Made by a program: the position numbers and the translations under genes
Part shown: positions 52,472-64,000 of the stretch, in pieces
Position numbering within the stretch: the first letter of the stretch is position 1
Layout of the letters: each line of letters begins with the position of its first letter
Notes under the pieces: model-generated
Told to the model about the DNA's origin: nothing
The model's input: the letters and a program-made list of their open reading frames with translations, nothing else
The model's database searches: none
Assembly: GCF_006345805.1 (NCBI RefSeq)
Contig: NC_042997.1
Location: forward strand, 19,406,001-19,470,000
From: Octopus sinensis
Lineage: Eukaryota
Reading direction: 5' to 3'
DNA: 64,000 bases

Positions 52472-52810
52472 CAGTGGTTCTCCATCGGGGACACTTAAGG
52501 GTCTATATAAAACCTTTGGGGATCCACAATAAAAATAGTAAATTGGGATCTACAAAAGTATTTTAAATACACCTAAAAAAATTCTTCTTTAGATGTATGT
52601 ATGCGTATGTATTGCAAGAATCAGTTAGGTTTCTTTCTCTAATATTTTACCTTGTTCAACCTATACTAGTGAATGCATGAAAAACAAAACAGGAGTTTTA
52701 GCAAGCATTTCTATAAAACTAACTTTTAAACATTGTATGGTTATGGGGCTCCACCAGAATAAAATGGTCATCAAAGGAGTCCATGGATGCAATATGGTTG
52801 AGAACCCCTG
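52472..52810. mobile_element. hAT (Charlie-like) MITE
   Basis: TIRs CAGTGGTTCTC / GAGAACCCCTG; 8 bp TSD gtctagta / gtctagtg. Confidence 0.9.
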
Positions 52811-52979
52811 GTCTAGTGTCTGGTTACCTGTTACCATATCTTGTTGACTGTTTAAGATTCAACATCCTGATATCAGCCTTCACCACTTTTTTCTACAACT
52901 TCTTCCTATATCTTCAGTTTCCAATGGCTTCTTCCACCTTTGTCTGAGTTGCAAGGATAAGTTTAGATAATCAAAGTTT

Positions 52980-53225
52980 TTCTGCTCTCACTATATTGCG
53001 TATGTGAGACTTAACCATATTTTCCCTTCCACTGATAACGCTTGGTACTCCTTTATGCAAGAATCATCATTCATATGTAACACAAAATGCCTGTACACTT
53101 TCCTCTTTTGCACTCTCTAGCTGATTCCTCTTGCAGCCATTTTCTGTCCTCAGATCAAACATTATACATTCAGTAGAACATACTCATCTCATTTCTATCA
53201 AGTTTAGTGGTTACATATTCCTTGC
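52980..53225 (-). mobile_element. Decayed RTE C-terminus
   Basis: LDRNEMSM and HMNDDSCIKEYQALSVEG-like frames on the - strand. Confidence 0.5.
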
Positions 53226-53929
53226 ATTTGACAGCAGCTTTTTTAAAAACCATGTAAAACAATTCCTTTGTTGCTAACGGAGGAAATAGTTCTTTCCATT
53301 TTCCCCTGCTGTCCTTACTCTGCTTATCATGTTTTCACTGTATAAACCTCTGCAAAGTACTGGTATTCACTTTCAGCTGAGAGTACAGGAACAGTATGAA
53401 ATGAAATATCTTACTCAAAGACAGAACACATCACCTGCCTTGAGAATGAATCCGTTAATTTAACAGTCATAAGCACAACATCCTAACCACTGGGCCATAT
53501 ACCTTCATCCTAATTAGCAGAGGAGTCAGCAAACATGTCAAAGACTCTAATTGAAATCAATAAATATTCTCTCTTGATAATAGTAGTATAAATTTTATAT
53601 TAAGCAGTAATTTCTCTCTTGATGATAGTAGTATAAATTTCATATTAAACAGTAATTTGTTCAAACTTTCTCAACACATGGGACATGACTGGTCCTTAAT
53701 TTATCCCTCATGAGAAGAGGAAAAACAAAGTTGATCATAGTATAATACAACTAAATGATTTCTATGTTTCTACAATTCTGTTGACCTTCAGAAGAATGAT
53801 TTTTAAACAATGACACAAGGTCAGAGATTATGAGAAAGAAATTTGATTAGATGATTCACAATATATATCAGGTACTTATTTTATGAACCAATTAAGTAAG
53901 GTGATGGCAGAATATATAATGTGTGGCAT

Positions 53930-54886
53930 TTTGGCTGATACTACCTCCTGCCTACCTACAAGAAGTATCAGGCCAACATCTTAAAGAATGGCAGTAGCCC
54001 AACATGTCATGTATGTAAACAAACAAAATGAAACCCTTGATCATGTCTCCATGTACAGCCTTCTTGTGCCTATAGAGTATCTCAACAGGCATGATAGAGT
54101 GGCACAGTATATTCACTGGGTAATTTGCAAAGACCTGGACCTGCCTCATGATAAAAACTGGTGGAAACACAAACCACCTCCTGTGCTTGAAATGATCACA
54201 TCTCACTCCTTGGAACTTTACTGTTCGAACTGACAGAAAGATAGATGCAAATAGGCCAGACATTGAAGGATTTCAGACAAAAATCAGGCCTCCTTATCGA
54301 TATGATTGTCCCAATTGACATAAATTGACATAAATGTCAAGACCTTCCAAAGACTGAGCAAGTATAAAGATCGTGAAATAGAAATTGGCAAAATGTGGAA
54401 CATCAAGCAATATCTGTTGTCGTAGGTGCCCAAGGAATGATAGCAAAAGGGACTAATTACTATCTAGCTCAGATACCAGGAAATGGAAAAATGGAAAAAA
54501 ATTATAAAAATAGTGCTTATGGGAACTGTTCATATCCTACGAATTATATTGTATTTGTTATCCCCAAAACATTTTAATATGTAAATATTGTCAAAAGTAC
54601 ATTTTAATGTACATACTAACAAACACCTTTTACTATCATCTTAAGATCACACTATCATCTTATAATCAAATTACTTTTAAAGCAAATTTCTAATTTTCTT
54701 ATGTTTTGACAGACATTCTTGGGAACAATACTTTGTGAAAAACCCAAAATATTACACTCTAGTTATAACACCAAATTGAACTTCTAACTTGAATTCTCTT
54801 GAGATCTCTGATTGAGACTTGGAGTCTAGTTATATAAATACAAAGCAAAAGCCAAACATAGAAAAACAAAAATAATAATAATAATA
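53930..54886 (+). mobile_element. 5'-truncated R4/Dong-like non-LTR retrotransposon, decayed
   Basis: CCHC-type knuckle, EYLNRHDRVAQYIHW, NRPD, LIDMxxPxD and SKYKD restriction-like endonuclease motifs; (TAA)n at about 54872-54886. Confidence 0.8.
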
Positions 54887-55139
54887 AATGCCCTGATGCA
54901 GTACCAGGCACTGGCTCCTATAACTTCTGCTCAATACCACAAATTTGCTCGTCAGTTGTTTGACTGTAACCATTTGAGCATGTCCCTTAGTGGCTGATGA
55001 TATGTGCATCTTTGAACTCAGAATGTGATGACAAACGAAATACTGCTAAGCATTTTGCCGAGCATGCTAAAGATTCTACCAGCTCACCACCTAATAGTAA
55101 AATATTAATAATAATAATAATAATTATCATAATAATAAT

Positions 55140-55625
55140 AATGAAAGACCAAAACAAAGTTTGCTTATTGATCGACATGAGCATCCCCTGTGATCATAAT
55201 ATCTCAGCGAAAGAGTTTGACAAGCTCAGAAAATATAAAGACCTACTCATTGAAATTGAGAAAATGTGGCATCTCAAGGCGGTTACAATACCAGTGATCG
55301 TAGGAGCACTAGGAATGATCAAGAAGGGAACCGAAAATTATATGAGAATGATCCCTGGCTTACCATTCCTGCAAGAAGTGCAAAAGATTGTCTTAACTGG
55401 TACATCACACGTATTGAGAAGAGCATTGTCGATGTGAGAATTATTACTACTCATGTATTTTAATTTAACTTTAAAAAAAAAAAAAATGAACGAACTATTG
55501 AGTTTAGTTTAATGGCCTACCAATGTATACTATGAGTTTCTTTGCCCTAGGAGTCGGGAAGACACTCGGCAAGAAATGGAAGCAAATTTGAAAGAAAAAA
55601 AAAGTAATAATAATAATAATGATAA
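55140..55625 (+). mobile_element. 5'-truncated R4/Dong-like element with intact terminal frame
   Basis: KDQNKVCLLIDMSIPCD...KLRKYKDL...IPVIVGALG...QKIVLTGTSHVLRRALSM*; (TAA)n on both sides. Confidence 0.85.
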
Positions 55626-55629
55626 TGAT

Positions 55630-56625
55630 AATCGTTTCTACAATAGACACAAGTCATGAAATTTGGGGGTGGGGGATAGATGATTACATCGACTCCAGTG
55701 CGTAGCTGATACTTAATTTATCAACCTCAAAAGGATAAAAGGGAAAGTCAACCTCAGTGGAATTTGTACTCAGAACACGCAGAAAGACGAAATACTGTTA
55801 AGCATTTTGCCCTGCGTGCTAATGATTCTGCGAGCTTGCCACCTAATAATAATAATAATCCTTTCTACTAAAGGCACAAGGCCTGAAATTTTGGGTGCAG
55901 GGCTAGTCGATTTTATTGATCCCAGTGCATAACCGGTTCATATTTCATCAATCCCCAAAAAGATGACAGGCAAATTCAACCTTAATGGAGTTTGAACTTG
56001 GAACATAAAGACTGACAGAATGCTGCTAAGCATTTTGTCTTGCATGCTAATACTAATAACAATTCTTTCTACAATAGGCACAAGGCCCTAAGTTCTTGGG
56101 GATGGGGGTAGTCAATTATCTCAGTCCTAGTGCTCAACTGGTACTTATTTTAACAACTCTGAAAGGATGCAAGTCAAAATTGACCCCTGTGGAATTAGAA
56201 CTCAGGACATAAATATGAATGAAATGCTGCTAATCATTTTGTCTGGCATGCTAACAATTCTGCCAGGTTCAAATTTTGGTACAAGTTCAGCAAATTTAGA
56301 TGGACTGGGTTAGCCGATTACATAGATCCCAATATTTATCTGGGACATTTTTTTTTCGTTATTAATCTAGAAAGGATGAATGACAAAGTTAATCTTGATG
56401 GGATTAGAATTCAGAACAAAGAGCCTGAAGAAGAGCCTCTAAGCATTTTGTTCATCAGACTAAGAATTCAGCTACCTCATTGCCTTTATGATGTGGTTTA
56501 TATCGACTCGGGGTAATGAAAGGCGAAGTTTCCCTTGGTGGAATCAAACACAGAATGCAAACAACCAAAACATATACTGTGTAGCACTTGTCCTCAGACA
56601 ATTCTGCCAGCTGACCACTTTAATA
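55630..56625 (-). mobile_element. Head-to-tail array of about five SINE C copies (a further partial at 55013-55092)
   Basis: Units start near 55630, 55857, 56061, 56266 and 56500; the first three are separated by (AAT)n-like spacers. Confidence 0.85.
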
Positions 56626-57449
56626 ATTGCACTTTTTATTTGCCATAGGGGTGACACAATGGAAATTTTAAAAAGCTGAATTACAAAAATGAGAGGGTTT
56701 TACATAAAGTAAAATGAAAAAAACAATACATATATTGAACAGTAAAATATAAAATACAAAAATATAAAAATAATGGATGTGTTCCAAAGGAGGACAGTTC
56801 TCTACAGCAAGATAGGGTGTCCTACAGATTTCTAAGGCAAGTGTCAAATAATTGCATATATTAACTCTGTTGTTGTTGTTGTTGTTACAGGGAGGCTTTT
56901 GCCTGCCTCACTGCTGTGTTGCACCACAAGCGTTACTAATATTGACAGAATTAATGCCTAAACATTTGTTTTATTTCCTTGAAAATTCTTTGGAAAAGTC
57001 ATTTATTTTTCATTTTGACGAGCAAAATTATGAAGTTAGATGACAACTTTAATGTTACCACTGTCTTGGCTACTTCCTGCTGCCCCCCAATCTTCAAACT
57101 TCAAAATCGGTGACATTATTAATTAAAATGTTTGCTGGCAGCAGACAACATGGAAATAATAATTAGGAGGGATACTGAGAGGTTTAAAACCCTCTTTTCC
57201 TGAAAATGTCTAAAAGAATTATAGTGATAAAGATTCCAATCTTCACCAATGAAATTTAAGGGTTGTGTGGTTAAGAATAGGTGCAGGCATATTTGCACAG
57301 TTAAGAAGCTTGCGCTGTAACTATGTTATTTTGGGTTCAGTTCCACTGCAGTGCACTTTGGGCAAATTACATTACTATACCCCTGGACCAACCAATATGT
57401 TGTAAATGGATTTGGTATACATAAATTGAATATATGTGTGTGTGTGCGT

Positions 57450-57630
57450 ACTGGGGGAGAATTCACAAAAAAAAAAACAAAAGACGAAGGCAGGTGGTGT
57501 AGAAAACAAACAGATGTATTAATGTGTCATGCTTGGGAATTGAAAAAGTCTTTTACGTTTTGAGCCTATGCTCTCCCACAGATAGGAACACAGAAAGAAA
57601 CAAGGAGAGGAAAAAATGTGTGTAGTGGCT

Positions 57631-57636
<6 letters not shown>
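57450..57636 (-). mobile_element. Short element inserted next to (TA)n, possibly a Penelope pseudo-LTR
   Basis: Degenerate hammerhead-like motif ctgtgggaGAGCatagGCTCaaaac on the - strand; family assignment is inference. Confidence 0.35.
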
Positions 57637-57709
<73 letters not shown>

Positions 57710-57925
57710 TCTTTTACTCTTTTACTTGTTTCAGTCATTTGACTGCGGCCATGCTGGAGCACTGTCTTTAGTCGAGCAAATCGACCCTGGGACTTATTCT
57801 TTGTAAGCCTAGTACTTATTCTATCGGTCTCTTTTGCCAAACCGCTAAGTGACGGGGACGTAAACACACCAGCATCGGTTGTCAAGCAATGCTAGGGGGA
57901 CAAACACAGACACACAAACATATAT

Positions 57926-57960
<35 letters not shown>

Positions 57961-59540
57961 CGACAGGCTTCTTTCAGTTTCCGTCTACCAAATCCACTCA
58001 CAAGGCATTGGTCGGCCCGGGTCTATAGCAGAAGACACTTGCCCAAGATGCCACACAGTGGGACTGAACCTGGAACCATGTGGTTGGTAAGCAAGCTACT
58101 TACCACACAGCCACTCCTGCGCCTATGATATATATATATCATAATAGTGAATCATATTATGATATATACATATCATAATAGTGAATCATATCTGAAAAAG
58201 CAGAACGCTTGAATGAATAGAACAGCAATGTATTAATATGAAGTTAAATATATGTCCAATCATAAAGTGACCAATGGTGCTTTGCTTTAAAGACAACGCA
58301 TCAGCTTTATGGATGCTCTACGACCAGACATATATTTAACTGCATGTAACATATATATATGTATATATATATATATATATATCAAAGAGGAAAATCACTA
58401 GTTTAAAATTTCTGAGTGAGAAGGTAAAATCTATTTGCTGACATAAATTGGCAGTCCTGATTAGGACGATGTTACTACTTTTTTCAGCCCCAGAAACACA
58501 TCCTTTCCAGCTGGCTACTGATGCACACCTGTGTCCTTAAACCTCGAAGAAAGGAACTCATGTCCCCACTCAACCATAAATGGTACCTGCAGACCATGTT
58601 TTCTGGGTTATTTTCCTTCATTGGCACAGGATAACTGTTGGCTTAGAGATGGCAGCACTAGATCTGTATATACCTCGAATATGTTATTTTAATATTCTCA
58701 ACTAGGCCCAAGTATGTCTGTATTGTTAAGAAGCTCACATTGTGATCACATAGCTTTGGGTTCATGCCCACCGAGCAATAACTTGGACAAGTGTCTTCAA
58801 CTATAGACTCAAATTGTGGCTATAGGAGACAATTGTCTAAATTAACACCTTGTAACTAAATTTGGTAAACAGAAACTGAGTGGAAGTTACACACGCATGC
58901 ACATACATGCCCACACACACAGATGCATACACATATGCACACACACAATGGGCTTCCACACAATTTCTTTCTACCAAATCTACTCCATAATGGCATTGGT
59001 CAACCCAGGGCTACAGTATGAGACACTTGCTCAAGTTGCTACACTATGGGACCGAACTCAAAACCACATGGTTGCAAAGCCAGCCTCTCAATCATACAGC
59101 TTGCCTGCACTTATATAAAAGAAATAGAATTTATGTTAAAAATAAGGCTTATGAATGCCATGCTAAAATGACGGCATGAAAACTTCCAACATAACCACTA
59201 TGTGATAAAACTGAACAGGTGAAGGAACAGATAAGAAAAATATTAGCTCTGGCTGAGAAGTAGAAGAATCAAAGCTGAACCTGAATGATTATTTATTGTG
59301 GTAGAGTATCAAAGCTTTTCTTACTATAAAATATCAAAAGCCTGTAATGAAGCAGAATACATTAAATAGCTGCATTCATGTGGTATTTGTGAAGAAACAA
59401 TTTACTACATTGTCTGTGGCTACCAAGACTTAGCAATAAATGAATACATGTGCATGTATGACAAAGCTGGTGCTTTCATATGCAGGAAATTATGGCAGCA
59501 TTATGGAATACTGACAAAAAAATAAGTGATAAAAACTTAC

Positions 59541-59586
59541 CTGAAAAAGTCTGACCATAACGATTGCCCTTTGTTGAACGGTTAAG
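59541..59586 (-). CDS. Candidate antisense exon: LNRSTKGNRYGQTFS or LTVQQRAIVMVRLFQ
   Basis: Acceptor ctttttatgcttcatag, consensus donor CAG|gtaagt, two open frames. Confidence 0.35.
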
Positions 59587-60369
59587 CTATGAAGCATAAA
59601 AAGATACAGCATAATATAAACATGCACATACACATACAAAAAAAACATAAGCTTCTGCACAGTTTCCCAGTGACCAAAATTTACTCAGAAAATATTGGTT
59701 AACCTAAATCTTTGGTAGAAGGCACTTAATTGAAATGTCACATAAAGGGACTGAACGGAGACTATATGGTCTCATAAAAGACTTATTCATTTCGCTACAG
59801 CACAGACTTGCCTGGCACTTACTGTAGTAAATAATTAAAGAATATAAATAAATAAATAAATAAATAAATAAATGAAGAAATAAAAAATAAATAAGCAAAT
59901 AAATGAATAAATAAAGAGAGAGGAAACACTTGTCTACAACCAACATTTCTAGTAACAAACAGCTACAAGCTTTTCAGGCATAATGAATAACAATTTCTGG
60001 CAGTTCGGTGTCAGCAGCAGCAACAACAACAAGTGGTTTTCCTGCAAAATACTCTTCCTTCTATTATCTCATTAAAGGTAGATCAGTGTTGGGTCTGGAA
60101 GAAGCAGAGTAGTGATCAAACAACAGAGTGACACCAAGCTATTGAGGGAGTTTCCATATAGTTTCTTTATCTGCTAGAAACAACTAGCCACATATTTCCA
60201 AATCCACTTCTTTTATATTCACAATTCTGTACATTGAGAGCACATCCTGACACATCATCTCCATCCTCTTGCTTTTCCAAATGGAGTAACCATGTATTTC
60301 TCCTGTAGCAAGATACCATTCTCCTCACCTGGCATAAATCTATCTCCCACAAATACTTTCCTCTCATTT

Positions 60370-60660
60370 GGGAGTGGGCCTCTTGTTTTGAATGTTACTT
60401 GGTAACCTCACTAGTGCTAGTACCACATAAAAAGCACACAGTGGGTACCATAAATTAGTTGATGGTAGGAAGGGTATCCAGCCAGAAAAACCATGACACA
60501 GTAGACATTGGAGTTTGGTACAGTCTTCTGGCTTACCAGCTCCTGTTGAACTTTCCAAACCATGTCAGCATGGAAAATGGACATTAAATGATGCTGCTGC
60601 TGCTTTTGATAATGAAGATGAGGATAATGATGATGATGAGTGCAACAATGATGATACTTC
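60370..60660 (+). mobile_element. RTE 3' end with decayed (GAT)n tail
   Basis: ...cagcatggaaaatggacattaaatgatg. Confidence 0.7.
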
Positions 60661-62324
60661 CTTATTGAAAATACTAAAAAGCAAAAGATACATTGGATTA
60701 CGCATTCCTAGATACAATATGCCAATAAGATAAAATGGTAATGAATTGGAATGTCTTTCGCAGTAAGTCTACTGAATCAGAAGTGACCTGAGACCAATCA
60801 ACAATATGACCATGACGACGACCACCATAACAATAGTAGTAATAAAAACAACTCAAAAGAAGTATGGTTTGAACTCATGTCGATGTAAATGGCAATTTAT
60901 CACAACTATTATGTGTGTCTGAAGCATAATGTTATATTGAACCATAGCTTTCCTCCCACACAATGTAAATTGTTGTCAAAAATGTGACTACTGTAATGAC
61001 ACAGAAAGACACCATGATAAAGAAATGCGAGAAAATAAAATGCTGAAGAAGCAAATTTGTCCTCTTACTATTATTTCATTTCTCAAAGGGCCTTTTTTTC
61101 ATTCTTTTGCCTTGAGTCACTAACTTTTGCATATTGAAGTAAGGTTATGTCAGTGTTGGGCTTGTTATTTCAAATCATTAATTCTGGCCATCAATAAAGT
61201 GTCCTTCACTGTCCTTTAGCATTGTTTACTGATCTATGAGTAATTAAAACAGCTTTCTTAAGGACAATGTTTCCTTTTCAGTTGCTTCTCTAATGTTTTC
61301 TGTTTATAAAATGTCCTCCACTAGACAATACATGTCTGTTATATCCTTGGAGACATCTTTGTTAATGATGACAACTTAAGACTACTGATCTAGAAACAGA
61401 ATCAGATCTCTATTTGTAGCAACTATCCTTTCACCACTAATGGAATCAGAGAACAGAATTATCTGTTTACCACTATAATTTAATCCACATCCCTTGGTAC
61501 TTGACTCTACTGATTTAACTAATGGACCACACTAAATGTCTCCATATGCTACTTTACACCTTAAAGGTATTTAAAATCAGAGAGAAATATTGCAGCTGAA
61601 CCATTTCCTCTTTTAATCAAGGAGTCAAAATGCTTTAACCATGATGCATTGAAACAATAAAATGTACTGAGATTAAAAAAAAAAAACAGATCTTATTAGT
61701 GAACAAAGGTGTTCTCTTTAAACAACTCTTAAGTGAATAGTTTTCTAAAAAGTTATTAGTATCACTAGAGCTGCCTGAAGCAAATTATTTTCACAGTTTC
61801 CTTTAGTGAGAAATCTTGTACTTTCATGTATGCATACAATGTATATTTAATCAGACCACAACTTTAAAAGTAGCAGATGGCACGGCTTTCAAATATTCTT
61901 TGATTTTTATTAAATGTTTACTGCATAAAATCTAATTGAAATATTTTCATAGATTTAATATACCTAAATTCCTTTTCACTTGGAATCTGAGGCACTGTGC
62001 TTATGTAAAAATCAATATATCTAGATTTCATTTATCTTCATCTTTTCTAATTTTCATTTCTACAAATTATGTAAATGTATAAATATATACTTAATAATAT
62101 TCTTTGATTGTTGTCCAAAGACCTATAACCATGAGATTGTGGAAATAAATTTAATTATTGGGAGGCCTTTAATAATAACGTGTTGGTTTTATCATTTTTA
62201 CCAATTAGATAGGAATAACTATTCAAATCTAATTTCTTATATTAGCACATATCTCTCCAATATTTCTATAGATATAGGAAAAACCGATATATTTACTGGT
62301 CATATGTTATATCTTTATATTTAG

Positions 62325-62515
62325 AAATGAGCACAATTATTACAGAAGTATTGCAGCAAGACAGTATTCAACAGAAACAAGATGTTCTATGGGAAGGTCA
62401 CTACAATTTGTACCAATCTTACAATCCTATAAACGATGGAACATATGAAAAGGAATTATGCATAGATTTAGCTTTAGGCAAAATAACTTGTTCATACAAT
62501 TTAAAGATAAACTGA
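62325..62515 (+). CDS. Candidate exon: MSTIITEVLQQDSIQQKQDVLWE...
   Basis: Acceptor tctttatatttag and a 62-codon open frame in AT-rich DNA; only a weak donor at 62397, or it is a terminal exon. Confidence 0.3.
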
Positions 62516-64000
62516 AGATATACTTAAAGTAATACTTTTGTATTATATTTGTTACATGGTAATTTCATTTTTCTAATGTTATACTTTTACATAACAGCCT
62601 CTTCAGTAGTTTTCAATGGTGTTTCAATTTCTGATTAGCTATTGCTGTTATTATTTTTTTGTTTCATATCAGGTCACCCCTGATTGAACTGATCTGTGGC
62701 CAGAAGCATTTTCAACTCTTCAACTCATTCACATTATTTATAGACAGTAGTGCAATTTAAGAGATATTTACATGCTATTTCTAGCAGATCAAGCATCTAT
62801 ATAGAGGCTTCATCCTCGGTTCATATTTGTAACTAGTTGACTATCATGGCAAATATAGAGATAAAATAACTATGAAATACTATTAGTTAGGTATTAGAAA
62901 ACAATGGATACTAAATTATAAATGTTAAAAAAAAGATATTTCTATTATCATTAAATGTATATTGTGGCTGTTTTATATGTGAAATACTTACATTTCTCGA
63001 TTTATTTAAAAGTTTTTTGTTGTTTAATTTGAATTTTGTGATGTAGATATCTAAGTGGCTTCATGTTCAGAATGACACAAGATACATTTAAGAATGCTAA
63101 ACTTAGACTGAGTAAAGAAGTCTATGATTTGAATAATTTGATTGATACTTGTTTTTCAGTCAGTTCAGACTGAGATTTGCAAAAATTCAAACTAAAAGGG
63201 AATTTTCTTTTTCAAGAAAGAAAACAAAGGATTACTTTAAAATGGTTTAGTTTTCTCTATTACTTGTTTGATTGTTATAATAATAAATAAAAAATAAAAA
63301 AACATGTATGTTTGACAGAAAAAAAGATATGACAAATAAGATGACTAGTATTAGATACACACCAATAACAGAGGCAGCAGGAATCTTTACACATTGTTTA
63401 TTCTGAGGTTAAAATTCAATTTAATGGCGTATTCAATTTCTTGGTAATTTTAGTGTTACATGCAAAACCTAGCAGAATTTAGCTCACTAAATTTATGCAA
63501 ATAATTAAGTTTAACACTTTCGTTACTGTATTATTTTGAGATGCTCTGTATTACTTTCAATTACTTTAAATATAACAAAGAATTTAGTGAAATAACTTAG
63601 TTATCATTTAGCTAGTGTTAGGAACATAAACGGAAGATTTTAATTCAAAACTCATGAAAACAAGACATTTGCACTCAGCATTAGAGCCGATTTCAGTTGG
63701 GTTGGTAACGAAAGGGCTAAGACATTGTATATGTTGTGGTAAGATTTGAATTTGTGATTTTCAGTTTAAGAACCTATTAAACACTAAATACATTTGTAAA
63801 CTTAGATACTAGTTGTCAAACTAAAGTTGTATCAGAAAAAGTCAGCTTTTTCCAACTAAATAGAAAATAGTAATGTAAAATGTTCATTACATATATATAA
63901 ATATATATATATATTTACACACCCACCCACACACACACAACTTTACTATAAATTGCCAAACAAAATGCAGGGAATGTAGTATTTCAGAGCAGGCCATGCT

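Noticed and set aside
206-56625. Repeat-spacer-like arrays (113 bp units, SINE C array, TTA/ttaaagaaatca) as CRISPR
   Set aside because: Eukaryotic context, no unique spacers of constant length, no cas genes.
61250-61575. - strand frame interrupted by TAG codons (CKVAYGDI*CGPLVK...) as stop-to-Trp RNA editing
   Set aside because: Several TAA/TAG stops follow, there is no recognisable homology and splice context is poor.

Overview
AT-rich eukaryotic DNA packed with microsatellites and transposons. The repeat families and composition fit an octopod cephalopod best (inference). There is no long intact ORF: nearly all ORF-track entries are microsatellite translations or broken transposon frames. 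Recognisable relics include RTE-clade LINEs, two R4/Dong-like LINE ends, a Penelope GIY-YIG fragment, two Tc1/mariner transposase remnants, two Ty3/Gypsy integrase pieces, non-autonomous Helitrons, hAT and piggyBac-type MITEs, and at least four tRNA-derived SINE families. Small + strand segments with canonical AG/GT ends chain in compatible phase, which suggests the window is mostly intron of one unnamed multi-exon gene. The most unusual structures are a Gypsy integrase whose two halves lie in swapped order (possible reintegrated DNA circle), a (TAA)n tract loaded with Dong-like LINEs and a SINE array, a 1.3 kb tandem duplication that may copy an exon, a double-ended Helitron terminus, and many inverted repeats. 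Coordinates were read by eye; element edges are approximate unless a TSD or TIR is quoted.
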